A stretch of 62,784 nt of DNA, filler included, from Rhabdomonas costata (Eukaryota): assembly GCA_019059605.1 (NCBI GenBank). It is 45 parts of 45 records of this genome, joined end to end, with 100 filler letters (N's around TTAATTAATTAA, not from the genome) between each part and the next. Parts side by side here need not be neighbours in the genome. Positions count along the whole stretch, not along the records: positions 33,543 to 34,840 come from JAHMHO010020207.1; positions 34,941 to 36,238 come from JAHMHO010020208.1; positions 36,339 to 37,636 come from JAHMHO010020209.1; positions 37,737 to 39,029 come from JAHMHO010020210.1; positions 39,130 to 40,427 come from JAHMHO010020211.1; positions 40,528 to 41,825 come from JAHMHO010020212.1; positions 41,926 to 43,223 come from JAHMHO010020213.1; positions 43,324 to 44,621 come from JAHMHO010020214.1; 37 more parts are not named here. One strand, 5' to 3'. How positions within the stretch are numbered: position 1 is the stretch's first letter; every line of letters begins with the position of its first letter. The notes beneath the pieces were generated by a model. The model was not told the DNA's origin and ran no database searches. It saw only the letters and a list, made by a program, of their open reading frames with translations. A program made the translations under genes and the position numbers. Shown one piece after another: positions 34,633 through 48,192 of the stretch.

Positions 34633-35115
34633 GAAACGTGCCCATGGCGATTCGTCCCAAAACGACCCAGTTCAATAGCTTCATACACAAATCAGAGGGT
34701 TCCAGCACCTGAGCAGCGGACTTATCCATATGAATTACGGGGGCCGAGCAGGCCAAGGGGGGAATTAAGTCCCGCTTCGCCGGAACCGCTTCTTGCCAAA
34801 ATCAAAGAATCTCAAAAAATGTTGATTACTTCAGAAAAAANNNNNNNNNNNNNNNNNNNNNNNNNNNNNNNNNNNNNNNNNNNNTTAATTAATTAANNNN
34901 NNNNNNNNNNNNNNNNNNNNNNNNNNNNNNNNNNNNNNNNTTTGTGGTTGACCACTCTGTCAAAAAGCAACCAAATCAGGCTCCGCTCGAGCCTTCGCCA
35001 GGCTGTGTTGGAGATTTGTCAGCGTGAATCTGCTCTCCATGGCGCCGTCCGTGACGGCTGGAAATGTCGAAAACTATCTGACACCGCATGAAATGCACCT
35101 GTCCTTTCACCCCAG

Positions 35116-35741
35116 GCATTTCCACCACCGTGATGCATGCCGCCGCACTGAGCGCAGCTTCGGACGTCAGCGTGTGCTCTATTCTTGCTCGCCGAGTGCC
35201 TAATCTGCTGAGAGCCACGGACAACCGAGGTGGGTGCACAGCCCTCTTTGCGGTTTGTCGTCCTAGGTTTTCTTTCGGGATGCTCAGGGGATGCTCAGAT
35301 AATTTTGAAGAGACTCCCTTCCCCTCTCCTGCAATGCTGGAAGACTTTTCGGATCTGGAGCAGCCATTCGTAGGCACCTGGCGGTTCTGGGCACAAGCCC
35401 CATATTTAGTCCTATACTCTCGACTTTTTCAGTGTCGCTCCTTGTTCTCTCACGTTTGGAAGCTGAGATCCCGGCACCTTTTCTTCCTTTTTTCCCACTG
35501 CACCGCTTTCCTCACCCTGGGCACCCTACCGTTGTCCAATTCTTGCTGTCGACGGTGTTTTGAGGTCCCTCATTGGTCCTTTTCTCCCGTCGCTTTCTCC
35601 CTCCCCTCCGCTGGGCACGGTACGTTACCCCTCCGTTTCAGGGTTCACTCCGTTAACTCTGGCCGCCATTGAAGGACGCTCCCTTAAGGTCAGGTTCTTT
35701 GTTGAGAAGGGCAGCCACGTGGACGCGGTGGACAGCCTAGG
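35116..35741 (+). CDS. Ankyrin-repeat protein (exons 35116-35229, 35642-35741)
   Basis: TTVMHAAA...LLRATDNR|GFTPLTLAAIEGRSLKVRFFVEKGSHVDAVDSLG; phase-1 intron. Confidence 0.85.
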
Positions 35742-36344
35742 GTGTGTATTTTTTTCACTTCGACACAGACTCTCTAACATCAGTCGTGTCCCTTGCGTCC
35801 TTTCTCTTTTGAATTTGCTGTTTCTCCATTCTCCCTTTTTTCATTCCCCCCCAAAAAGGTGAAAGATATGAGAAGAATTCTCCCAATCTGGATTATCTGG
35901 ATAAGTTCCATCGCACACCCTGCTTGCGAGCTTGGCTGACAAGGCTTGACTTGGTGGAAGTACGGTTCCATATTGCCTTAAAACAATTGCAGGGTTTTTC
36001 TCCATATCCTGGATGGTCACGCATTCCAAAATTCTGGTAAACCCCCTCCACCTTTGCCACACCGGCATCAAGAAACAATAATCAGACTCCACATAACAGA
36101 GTTGCCTCAGTTACATGAAACAATGAGCCCTCTCCCTTTGCTTGTTCGTTTGTTCTCCAGCGGTCACTGCTTTTTTCCACCGCAAGCAAAGAAAATGCCC
36201 CGCCCCTACCCCGATACTTTGGCTCCTCCACAAAACAANNNNNNNNNNNNNNNNNNNNNNNNNNNNNNNNNNNNNNNNNNNNTTAATTAATTAANNNNNN
36301 NNNNNNNNNNNNNNNNNNNNNNNNNNNNNNNNNNNNNNGGTGTT

Positions 36345-36522
36345 GGGGTCTGGCTTTTTGTTGTGTGCCGCCGCTGTGTGTCACATAGGAAATAGGGAAG
36401 TCTCCACATTGCATTTGCTTCCAAAAATATCATCCCCCTCTTCGCTAAGCAAATGCAATGTGGAGACCTCCCTATTTCCTATGTGACACACAGCGGCGGC
36501 ACACAACAAAAAGCCAGACCCC
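36345..36522. repeat. 76-bp inverted repeat (1 mismatch), 26-nt loop, at contig start (likely amplification foldback)
   Basis: 36345-36420 versus 36447-36522. Confidence 0.95.
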
Positions 36523-36755
36523 GGGATCCCCTGCAGACTCGATCGGGGGCAGCTGCAGGAAGTCCCCGCACACAATCAGTTGCAGCCCTCCAAAGGGGCG
36601 AGGGTCCCCCCGCAGCCTCTGCCCGACTAGATGCACCAAGTCGAACACCCGGGCGGAGATCATGCTGACCTCGTCGATCACAAGGACGTCAGCCTTCCGC
36701 CACGGCCGGCGCTGACCCCGCGCCCGCTTCAGCAGATCCTTCTCTGTGCCCACAC
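36505..36755 (-). CDS. PIF1: PIF1-family DNA helicase exon (3' boundary approximate)
   Basis: VLVIDEVSMIS...PFGGLQLIVCGDFLQLPPI contains SF1B motifs II/III and the PIF1-typical PFGG. Confidence 0.9.
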
Positions 36756-37736
36756 CTGGAAGGTAAACGGGAATTCATGAATGCAGATTCCCGAGTGGAT
36801 GTGCACGTGGGGTATGTTATCGGGTCATCGGGAGTGTATTTGCGGCGCAAGTCGGACTCCCAGAAATCCTCCAACCGTAATCACCATGAGAATGAGGTGA
36901 AGCGCTAGACGGCAATGTTGATGATACAATCGAACGTGCACACGACCGTTTAAAGCTCAATGGACACACGCGCTTGCTGCTTCTTAGCCATTCAGTTTGG
37001 TTGTTGGCAATGGCTTCCTCCAAATTCCGAAGACATCGCTACATCGCTAATGAACAAGTCATGCCAGCAGGGGACACGGGCTTCAAGGGGAAAGACACCC
37101 ACACCGCAGCATACCTTGGCCGATGCCAGCGAAGGAGTGGAGGGTGATCCCGCCCAGGCGAACGGCGGCGACTCCCGTCGAGGCAGTGACCACAACAATC
37201 TTTCCCCTGCGACAGCAACCCCACGTCACTCAACTCACCCCGGAAACAACTGGAGACACGAACGCACACAGAAACCAGGCAAGAAGAGCGGAGAGAGATG
37301 AACTGAGGGTTAGGGTTTCCTTCTTCCCTACAACAGTGAAAGTCACCACCTTCCCTTATTCGAATCGATTTCAGGGATAGCGGTGAGCTCTCTGGGGGCT
37401 GGGGTCTTTCGATTCAGAGATGACCAGAAGCTTCCGCACGATTTTTTTTTGACATTTTTCGCGACAAAGATGAAAAAAGCTACTCGAAGGGAGACGCCTC
37501 CCCAATGATGGGGCTCGCCACAACAGTCTCGACCTGCAACGCTATAATTGCAGGAGGCCATTCTGATACGCTGGCGAGAGCAGCTATGGCAGCTCACACA
37601 TCTCTGAACACACATGACCTGATCTGCAACACAACANNNNNNNNNNNNNNNNNNNNNNNNNNNNNNNNNNNNNNNNNNNNTTAATTAATTAANNNNNNNN
37701 NNNNNNNNNNNNNNNNNNNNNNNNNNNNNNNNNNNN

Positions 37737-38953
37737 GCGAGGGAGGCCAGCAAGGGCGTGGGCTGGCCTTCTAGGCCATGCGCGGTCAGCGCAGGTGCGG
37801 CGACCTCGGGGCTGGGGCCCGCACCCCCACAAGAGAGGAAGTTAAACGCGCTGCTGCTGGCGAGGCTGCTGGTGGTGGGGAGAATGGCCATGCTGGCGCT
37901 GATGATGGGTCCTGCGAGCGTCTCCGCGGGGCTCATCATGGAGGGGTCGGGGTGCTTCGGGGCTCCCATGTCCACTGAGAGCTGCCTCATTGCAGGGGAG
38001 GCCTTGGCAGTCTCCGATGGAGTGCCGCTGCTGGCACTTCGGGCACTTGACGCGCGCCCAAGCCGCTGCACCCACGAACACATAACACAGGTGTCTAGGT
38101 TGCTGCGAAGGAAGGCACGAAATGCACCGTGTGGCTGGGTAATCTATGGTACGCGGTTTGCGAGGGAGAGAGGTGATCACGGCAGCTACACCAGGCAGCG
38201 AGGGGCGGCGGCAGGCGGTGGACAACATTACCAAGCAATGAATGAGAGGAGAGGAGAGGAATGATACCTCAGCGGCACAGGCACATGCACCCAGCAATCG
38301 ATGAGATACGCAAACAGTTCAGGAGATTTCTCCACACAGGCGAAAAGTGATGACAGAATTGATTGACAATAAAACTGGCGGTCGTCCCCGCAGTCTCCCC
38401 ACGAATCCAGCAATGCTTCGCCTTCGGCGAGGTCACTTAAGGAGAGCAGTACGAGCGTGAGGAGGCGAATGTAAATGAGTGTCCTCCTTTGCGATCACTT
38501 GAGGATGTGTCGTTCAGACAGACCGAGACGGAGGATGATCCTTGTGGGCTGGGCTTGGCGGACCCCACCGCGGGTTTCATCTTTAGGCCCTGGAAGAGCC
38601 CGCCCATGCCTTCAGTCGGGGTCGGCGTGGCTGCGTGCAAGGCAACGAGTGAAGGAAGAGAGGACAGACAGAAGGACTACCAAACCGCTCAACGGCCAAA
38701 AAAATCAAGCACGGTAACGTGGCTTTTCCGGTGCCTGAGACTTTCTATAACCGCCAGCAAGCACCGCGTGTTTAACCCACTGCCGCCCCTCATTGTGCTG
38801 AATGTGACGCCAAAAAAAATCAATAGGGTGCCGGAATCTGAGCCCGGATTGGTGAGGAAAAAGAATGCCGCAAAAAGGACCAATACCTGGAGGCGACTGC
38901 CGAGAAGGAGGGGGTGCAGCGTCGGGCTTGGAGCCGAAGAAGAACGACTTCAT
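37737..38953 (-). CDS. N-terminus of a low-complexity hypothetical protein (exons 38953-38887, 38630-38524, 38065->37737)
   Basis: ATG start MKSFFFGSKPD..., with two GT-AG introns whose phases (1 and 0) keep one reading frame. Confidence 0.55.
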
Positions 38954-39129
38954 TTTCGGTGCAAAAACAGAGAAAAAAGAGAAAAAGGAAGGGGAACGGG
39001 TGGGTAACCCAAGACTCCGCACAACAACANNNNNNNNNNNNNNNNNNNNNNNNNNNNNNNNNNNNNNNNNNNNTTAATTAATTAANNNNNNNNNNNNNNN
39101 NNNNNNNNNNNNNNNNNNNNNNNNNNNNN

Positions 39130-40123
39130 GGGGTGGGGTACGAGGGACAACTCTCCAGTGCTGTACCTGCCGGAGATGGGCGCCCGCAGACCCGGATTGT
39201 GCCTTGTCGCTATCAGGTAATCTCATATGAGCTTGCTCCTGCAGAGTTGTCCCTCGTCCCTCACCTCACCATCGCACCCTTTTTTCTATTATCTCGTCTC
39301 TCAGGAGTGCGCCATCGGAACTTGGTGGGCACAGATCTTGCTCGCCTACACCAGCGCCGATGTGGCACTGATCAACGGAGGGTCGTTTTCCGCTGGATGG
39401 CCTGCGGGTGTGTGGTGCATGGGTTGGTTGCATTTTGTCCTATCGTCAGATGATCAAATAAATTCTGCAGTTGGTGCAGTTCATGATATGCTGCCACAAA
39501 AATGCGAAAAACGTTTGACCCTCTCCCTTGAGGTCCCTTGAGGTCGAACCCGTTCTTCCTTTTCGAAGCCAACCAATCGTTCACCTCTGCTTCCGACGTT
39601 GAACTCTCAGCCTCAATACCGCCTTTGTTTTGCGGTGCGATTCCGGGTGCTTCGAACTGCGGAGATGAATTTCTCTATTCCTATTCCCAATCCTCCTATG
39701 CTATTCCTATTCCTCCTATGCCGGACTTCGGACTCCCTTACCACTTGTATTGTCGGGGATCATCCTGGAAATCGGGTCGCTGGATTGGGGAAGGGAGGGG
39801 GGGATGCAAGGCCACCTGATCTGCTAAAATCTTCACCCTATTCAATAGACCCTCCCCGGGCCGGAATTCTTCGGTCAGTGACTGCTGTAGAGGTCCTCGA
39901 AGGGCCTTTTTTCTACCCTGTGTCTGTTTTGCTGGCGGAGAAAGGGATGAATATGCCAGCTGGCACACCGGCAGGCAACCCCAAGTTTGTGGGTGGGTGT
40001 GCCATAGGGGCGGTGAACTTGACCAACATTTGGGGTAGCTACCCCTATACCGACAGCATCTGCACCTTCCAAGTGTACGGGATTCACCTGTACGACATAA
40101 TCGTCTACTCCGTGTCGAAAGGG
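39130..40123 (+). CDS. 5'-nucleotidase C-terminal domain (exons <39130-39216, 39305-39407, 40008-40123)
   Basis: PCRYQ|ECAIGTWWAQ...ADVALINGGSFSAGWPA|GAVNLTNIWGSYPYTDSICTFQVYG...YSVS fits the CR..E..LG...AD.A..NGG..R..I..G.IT...PF.N pattern. Confidence 0.8.
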
Positions 40124-40659
40124 GTACGTCGCACTTTTCACTCTTTTCACACTTTTCATCAGAGTAAAGTTCAAGGAAAACCCTCAAATATTCTCGCGGC
40201 TTCTCTCCAAATACGGTCTACTGAGGAGAGCGACGTGCAAAACAGCTGAAAATACAGTACCTTAGCTCGCTCACCCCGCTCTCATATAACCCCTCCCGTT
40301 CCTGCGCTGCGGAGCCCAGACAAACCATCAGGTACGACCACCTCTTATGTTATGGTTGCTAGAAGAAGCTGAGTGTTCGCCGCGTTTCCGTGTTCGGGGA
40401 GGTGGTACTGGGTGAAGTTATTCTCCGNNNNNNNNNNNNNNNNNNNNNNNNNNNNNNNNNNNNNNNNNNNNTTAATTAATTAANNNNNNNNNNNNNNNNN
40501 NNNNNNNNNNNNNNNNNNNNNNNNNNNTGGTTGCATACAATGTAGTTGAACTCATTGACGCCACTGGTCTCATTTCGTGGGCTCACACTGATGAACGCCT
40601 CATTTTGTCTGTGTATGGATCTGCAAACAAGGCGATCGTGGGTCTATAGTCCACTACAA

Positions 40660-41800
40660 TGCATGCGATTCAAAAACCTATTCGTGCAATTCAACTTTAT
40701 CGCTGGAGTCAAAGCTGGGAGAAGGCAAATACACTGGGAAGGCAAAGGTCTGTCCTAATTATCCGAGATTGAATGGAGTTGAAGTTCTTCCAGAGTCCAA
40801 GCGGGTCGGCACTCTTGGGTCGTAATTGGTGAGGGCCCATCAGGTACTGGTTCGTTTGGCTCTTCGTTTCCATCAACTTCGTTGTAGTCGTCGAAGGAGT
40901 CGGTTGGGATAGGAATGGAGAGTGCGCGGAAAAGGCGAGAGGTTGTTCCTGATTTCCCGGCGTAATCTGACACCTTTTCTTTTCCTTTGAGAGATCACAA
41001 GCAAGGATGCATACCCTTGTAGTATTCACTGCATGGGTGGCCATGCTCGCGTTGACTTCCGGCGCCCATAGCGGTTGTTTGATTGTTGTGCTCCGAGTGT
41101 TGTTGTCTGCAATTGTTTTAAGCATCGTTGGAGTCTGCAGGTTTGCTGTGGTCTGGATATGGTTCAGTAGACCCGTCAGAATGCAGCTGCGATGTAGAGT
41201 CGTGGATGGAATGGTCCGCATTCAAATACAGGGCGGTATCGTCTTCCGAGTGGTCACTTCCAAGGCGGGGGTTCAGTGTGCATGTAATTCCACTGCATCA
41301 CACATTTGAAGTCAAAGTTATCTGTGTAGTACTAATTATCAGGCAGTGGAAACACTTGTGGAGGAAGGGGCTCTGTGGTAGGGTCTTCATTCCACCCTAC
41401 TACGTTGAAAGTGTATCAGGTGGTGGTGGTTTTGGTAAAGATGGTGTGTATTCATGAGGTGCGTCTGCTTCAGCAACAGTTAGAGTTACTCCAGAGTGTG
41501 AGGTAGAAGCTCCATAGGGTGGGACATCGTCTGAAACTGGGGATCTTGGTGTGAGGCCATGGGGATCACGAACTTCTGTTGATGTGGTTTTGGAGTTGGC
41601 AAGGAGCGGGTGTGTACTGTGGAGTAGCTGGATGTGTTCTCTACCAGAGGGGCCTACTTGTAATGAATCAGTGCTTTAGGCTGTGAATTGCTTCCTGCTG
41701 GATTCGTCGAAACTCTGCCTTGACTTGTTGGCGTATATCAGCGTAGTTTGGGTCCCACGGGTAGATGTCTTCGATCCACTAGTTATCCAACAAAATGCAA
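40660..41800 (-). pseudogene. Intron-less A/C-rich decayed coding-like sequence, possibly a retroelement ORF remnant
   Basis: Long stretches read as plausible protein with scattered stops and frameshifts; no diagnostic motif seen. Confidence 0.25.
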
Positions 41801-44800
41801 TTTTTGGTGCAGGGCAGTTGAGCATNNNNNNNNNNNNNNNNNNNNNNNNNNNNNNNNNNNNNNNNNNNNTTAATTAATTAANNNNNNNNNNNNNNNNNNN
41901 NNNNNNNNNNNNNNNNNNNNNNNNNTGTGTTTTGTTTTCGCCGCACACAAAGCCGAAGAGGCAGTATTCCTCTCGCACTTCCTATTGTGCTTTTTGTGGG
42001 AGAGGAGCCATGCCAGCAGAGTTAGGGTGGTTGGAGGGGGGTGCGCTTTCATTTTTGTGAGAGTACGCAAATCCGGGAAATCCGTGTGGGGGAGGGTTTA
42101 CCATAGTGTCGCGTGTTTACCACTGTGTTTACCATTTGTGTTGGCATAATAGTACCTTTACCTTGAAGCCTTTGGGTGCTTTTCGTGTTTCTTCTGCGAG
42201 TGTTGAAGGGTCATGTCATAAGATAAACTCTGCTCACAGGATTTCAGTCAGTAGAGTCAGGTGAAACGTTGGCCACCCCTTAAATAGGGACTAGAGTTTG
42301 GACTGGAGATCTTATTGATGGACATTGGGCCTCTAAAATAAATGTATATAAAAAAGACCTGCTGTATATACAAAAAACCCCAGGCCTGCTTCGGCTTAGC
42401 CCTCAGTTGGATACAATCCACTTTTTTATGCATATTGGAGAGATTCCAGCGTTACCCCCCCCCCCCGGATCCGAGACCGGTTCGTTGAGCCAGCATTCAG
42501 TTGGAGTGCTCGGAAAGCTCCCAACGAAGCAAAAGGAAGGCGCAGTCAATTGCACGTCAATTAAACGTAATTTCGGAATGGAATGGCAATATCCCTCCCT
42601 CTGTGGTTGTGTGATTGTGATCTTTGATCGCATTTTTTGCTAAGCTTCACTTTTTTTTCACAGTGCCAGAGTTTTTCATCCCTCGTCCTAGTGGATTACT
42701 TCTGAAATGTAAAAATAAACAAAGAAAAACATGTGAATGCGGACGAAAAATTCCTCCTTGTTAAACTCCGGGTAGTGGGTATTGGTGACCCGCTGCTCCA
42801 AGTTGGCAGTTGACATTTCACGCGACCCAGTGAAGCAATGCAAGAGGAAGACAGAACTTAAGCATATTGCCATCTTTGCTAATATATTCTCTCCGACCTT
42901 CACCTTAGCGATCATCTTTCTGTGGCCCGCATGCGTTCGCCAACACTTTTGTTCGCTTTTCTTCTCCTTTTTCTTCCTCCTTGCTGCTTCGGATCCCGTA
43001 CCTCCCGCCCGTTTCGCCGTTTTCACTCCTCTCGATGCTCCGCGAGAAATGCATCGAATTTCCTTCGGTGCACCGAAATGTGCCCCCACGCTCAGTTTGC
43101 ATATCTCGTCACTCTTCGGCAGCAGTTTCCAGATTATGGTGACTACAGGGGCCTTGCGGATTCGCCGCTCTGTGAAGTTTTTGTGGTCACCTGGGGCGGT
43201 CCCTTGACAGGTGACCCCAAAAANNNNNNNNNNNNNNNNNNNNNNNNNNNNNNNNNNNNNNNNNNNNTTAATTAATTAANNNNNNNNNNNNNNNNNNNNN
43301 NNNNNNNNNNNNNNNNNNNNNNNTTTTGGGTGTCAGGCAGACAGCCAGGAAAATTTGAGCTACCCCATTTTTCCTGGCTGTCTGCCTGACACCTGAGACG
43401 TCTTGACACACTATTTTTCGCGCTTTCGTGGTTGCTGGGTGTACATGCTATTTGCAGGTGGTTGTAGCCAAGTCGCGCAGAACCGAGGGCAAAGAGACAT
43501 TCAAAATTCCGTGGAAGTCTCTTCCCTTTTTCTTGGTGGGTGCGCGACACCAGCAGATCGATGACGCTCTTTGAGGCACTCTTTTTGGCTGGCTTGCGCT
43601 CCGCAAAACTGACTTCTGGAATGTCATACAGTCCTGCGTGCTGAGCTCGAGGTTCGGGATTCGAGCGTGTTTCCCCGTGCACCGCAAATGGCGCAGATGG
43701 GTTTCTCAGCAGCAGCCAGAATCGCAGAATCGCCGCTTCGGCGGCCCGGCGCGCCGGCTGGTTTGCCTCCATAAAATACTGTCCCAATCGATCCGCAAAG
43801 TCCCAATATTTTTTCTCCGTCCGTATCTCGCCAGCTGTAGAACTTTTTGGTCCAACCTGCTGTCTTATGATGAGAGTTTGTGCTGCGCAAAAACGTAAAG
43901 CACCACATGCCCCACTTGCGACCTGCGCAGTTTGCCCTCGGTGAGAAAAGAGAGTTTTAAAGTTTTTTGTTCCCCCCTGAAAATAATGTCTTTTAGTGTG
44001 GCCTCCGAAAGCCAAGAGCATATACCGCTCCAGTGTGTTTGTGCTGGTGTCAGGTATGTGTCTGTCGGCCTGAGTGGGTGGTGTTGATTTCTGCTGTCTT
44101 GGTGCTCCTGGTTGGCAGTTTTTGCGTTGCCGGGTTCGTGTTTTGTGGTCTATTTAGATGTACGCCATGGTATGGGATATTGCCTCCTATAACCTGGCCC
44201 GGGCTCGCATCCTCAAGGTGCCCGCTACCCCCGTTGATATCGAACGCTCGTACACGGTAGCGCTCTTGCGACCGAAGCTCGGAAGTAGAGCTGCACCCCA
44301 AGGAGAGCCAAAGGGAAGAGCGGTGATCCTTTGGAAATTACAACCACGGCCTCAGAAGGCCAATCGATGAAGCCCCAAAATAACCCCGAGAAGCAGCAAA
44401 ATTAGGAAAAAGAAAAAGCAAGAAAAGAACAAGAAGGAGAAGAAGAAAAGAAGAACCTAACAAAAGAACGCAAGGAAGCCACCCATAAGCCACACCGCGC
44501 TGCCGGACCGGCGCCCACCGGCCCTCGACGAAGCGAAGAGCAACAGCAGTAACCCATTCATGACACCATCCTCAACCATGTGGTCATCGTGTTGCCCCCC
44601 CCACCCAAACACACCCACCACNNNNNNNNNNNNNNNNNNNNNNNNNNNNNNNNNNNNNNNNNNNNTTAATTAATTAANNNNNNNNNNNNNNNNNNNNNNN
44701 NNNNNNNNNNNNNNNNNNNNNTGTTGTTTACTGCCACCATGGTTAAATTTCTAGAAATTGGGTCAATTTTTTATGTCAGTTTTTTTGCCACCTATGATTT

Positions 44801-46431
44801 TCTTCCGATGGCGTGGAGGCATTATCTGGATAAGCATCCGCCGCCTTTACATCTTTCCTCATAAACTCTTCCTGTGAAGCCGCGTTGGCCCCCTGCATGT
44901 GAGGGCTTACGCCAGGGAGCAGCTGCCAAAACAAAGCAGAGTGATCCATATCATCTTCAGAAGCCTTACTCCACACACTCCTGAACCACCAAAAAGCGGA
45001 AGGTGGCCAGAAGTGGCACTCACTTCCAAGAGGGTTTTTTGTCAAGTCCTCCGCCCACCATATGTTCACCTATGTTCATATAGCCTGCATTATATGTAGG
45101 ACTTCTTGAATCCTTGGCTACTGTCTTCCACACCGTCGACATTCAGAATGAGCTTCTGATTTGGTTCCACAAGGTCTTGGGTTTTGTTCTTAGGAAGGAA
45201 GAAAATTCATGTCCACATCCAACAAAGCTAGCGCCATAATTTCATGTTTTTATTGTCACGCGCTCAACACGCTCCCATCCAACACAAGCAGCGAGCGCTA
45301 CATAATACATTCAATACAACTGGTGCAGCAGCAGTCTTCAGCCTGCCACAGCCTCAGCGGTGCATTCAACACAATACCAAAGACCTGAAGAACCACACAT
45401 GTTTACAGCACCCCCTGCATCTATAGCCGTTGTTGTTCAAATGCGTGCATATTTCTAGCATTGGACACTTTGCGCATTCTTTTGCATTGCTCTGCTGCTT
45501 GTGTTTTTTTATTTTGATCTCTCTGGCTTTGTGGTCATGCTATTCTTTCTAATTGAAGTCGGCCGTAATTATTTGAACTGCTCATGAATTTTTGGTTTTC
45601 TCCCAGACTTCTACGTGGCTTTATGTTATGGACATATGGAACTCGTCCCAGAAGAACGACATCTAGCACGACAGGCGTATCTGAATTTCAATATAAGCTG
45701 TGGAACTAGACACACAATGGAAGCACCAATTGTCCAAAACAATGCCGCCAATTTTTTTTCACAGGTTGAAGAAGTGTGGTTTGCGCGAGTGTGAAAGCGC
45801 AAGGGATTGCTTGATGCTTCGATCATGAACCCTTTTAAGATAATCTGCCTGACGAAAACGAAAGCACAGAAGTCCAGTTTCAGGGCTATTGCGAAGATTC
45901 AACCCCACAGCAGCAACCCCCATCAGCATCGAACCAGCGCAAACTCCTTACCCCTAAAATGCCTATAATACGCCTTTCATGACAGTCCCTCCCCTCTGCA
46001 GGACGAAAAACACAACNNNNNNNNNNNNNNNNNNNNNNNNNNNNNNNNNNNNNNNNNNNNTTAATTAATTAANNNNNNNNNNNNNNNNNNNNNNNNNNNN
46101 NNNNNNNNNNNNNNNNGATGATTTTTCTCGAAGTTTTTTTTTTGAAAATGACTGAACAGGCTGGTGATTCCGACTGAGGAGTTCAGTTGCAGTTGAGGTG
46201 CATTGGCCAATGCTTTCTTGATTCTGAGCGACAAAGACAAAAAAGCTGAGTGAATTACTGCGTAGCCGAGCAGCAAACATGTCTGTGTGTGTGTGTTGGG
46301 CGCATTGCGCGCTGGCTGTTGCCTGGTTGCTTGTTGCTTGATTGTTGGTGACCACTGTAGACTGACTGGCACACGCACTGTTGGCCACGAGTGCTCGCGA
46401 GAGGTGCCGTGGAGAACAGAAACCGGCTCAC

Positions 46432-46727
46432 CGCCGAACGTTCCACATATTCTTCCGCCCCTTCAGCCCCACGGGTGCCGGGCCATTGTCGAGCAGCTGC
46501 ATTTTCTAGCTGCCACCGAGCTGCTTGCATTGCTCCATTGCTACTCAGGTCTCTGAGACTCTGCATTCCTTGTGTGTGTGTGTGTGTGTGTGCTGCAAAC
46601 CTTCTGGGGTAATCTTGTGGACCTGTTGCCGGATGGCCTTCGCCCTTTCTTTGTGCATGTCGTACAGCACAAACCCAACGATACACGCCGCAAAGCTCAT
46701 GTGCCACCCGGTGATGCCGGAAGACAT
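46432..46727 (-). CDS. Hypothetical protein N-terminus with one hydrophobic segment (exons 46727-46623, 46560-46432)
   Basis: MSSGITGWHMSFAACIVGFVLYDMHKERAKAIRQQ|SLRDL...; the 62-nt GT-AG intron contains a (CA)n microsatellite. Confidence 0.4.
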
Positions 46728-47519
46728 TGCCAAGACAACCAAACCAAAACAAAAAACCAAGATAACCAACACAAAAAATAGAAACGGACGGCAAGAACGG
46801 ATCAGGAATGAGGATCCACAGCAATAAAATAATCTTTGGAAGAAAGAACAATGGATGTCGGAAATAACGTAAATTACATCCCCAAACACACAACTAAGCA
46901 TGTTCTATAGTATGTCTGTGTCAGTGAGTCCCGGGACTCAGCGGGGTGCTCAGTTCGCTGTGGCCCGGCTAGGGCTGAAAAGCATGGCTTCCGAGTTACT
47001 GTACCACACCTGTACATCTGCGGAAAGCTCGTAGGCAGCTTGGAAATTGTCAGACGCAAGAATGTTACGCTTGCCGAGATGGTAACCTTCTTCACACAAG
47101 TGGGCGAGCACATGGGCATCCAGGCTGCTTCCTCACAACGGTCACACCACAATGTGCATCGCTTGCCTTGGTAGACACTGTCAGCACAGCGCGGAGAGGT
47201 GCCCTGACGATAGCCATCCGCTGGCGGACAAGCATCCACCATCCACCGGTGATGGCCATTCACTGTCTCAGAGTGTTGGGGCACCCATTTCGAGCGAACA
47301 GGGGCGCGGGCACCGAAACACCGCTGTTGTGCAGTTGGTTCGCGGGGTAGCCAGGAGTCGACATAGGTCGACGACACCCACTACCCCTCCATCAGCGCCT
47401 GCGGCCAACCCACANNNNNNNNNNNNNNNNNNNNNNNNNNNNNNNNNNNNNNNNNNNNTTAATTAATTAANNNNNNNNNNNNNNNNNNNNNNNNNNNNNN
47501 NNNNNNNNNNNNNNTGTTT

Positions 47520-47700
47520 TGGGTTATGATGAGATTGCTCTTTCCCGTTTTACCTCTCGGGTAGGACTCCGTCATCCATCTCTGCTCTGCTCTGCTCTGC
47601 TCTGCTCTGCTCTGCTCTGCATTGCCAGAAATGTGCTGAGATGGATGACGGAGTCCTACCCGAGAGGTAAAACGGGAAAGAGCAATCTCATCATAACCCA
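47520..47700. repeat. 63-bp inverted repeat enclosing a (TCTGC)8 microsatellite, at contig start
   Basis: 47520-47582 versus 47638-47700; microsatellite at 47581-47620. Confidence 0.95.
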
Positions 47701-48039
47701 GCTTCGCTCACAACTAAGAAAACATGGCCGGAGACCGACGTCCGTTTAAGGGCAATCGGACGAGCTGCATTGACTTTCTCCACCAATCGCCTGTAGAAGC
47801 AGAAGCGCCAGGGGAAAGGTTTTATTTCTTCGCTTCTCGAGTTCTGTTCTCAATCGATAAAAGCAATGCTGCGATACTGCGCCTCCCGCCTTTTGTGTTT
47901 TGTGGATTGTCGTTGGCAGTGCTAAACGTTTCGGTCAGAACCGAAGGGTGATGTATGATGTATGAACCGTTCCCCAGGAGATGGCAACACAAAAGGGGTT
48001 CAATTACTTTAGGTGTGAAGGCCAGTGTCGTGAAACTAG

Positions 48040-48192
48040 TCCGCGGTGCGGCCGGAGCGGGCGGATGGGTTGGGACATTCCATGGGGTGGACGATGCTCC
48101 ATTTAGCACTGCAATACAAGAGGCCCCCAACACTGGAGCTAACCGACAAAATCACTCGACCCCATTTCAACATCCGCGAGCAGTGCAAACAA
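48040..48192 (+). CDS. Ankyrin-like exon
   Basis: MGWTMLHLALQYKR resembles GxTxLHxA; bounded by TAG and GTACGT. Confidence 0.5.

Noticed and set aside
37303-37320. TTAGGG telomere-like words (also near 28274 and 49640)
   Set aside because: Only one or two units each; expected by chance.
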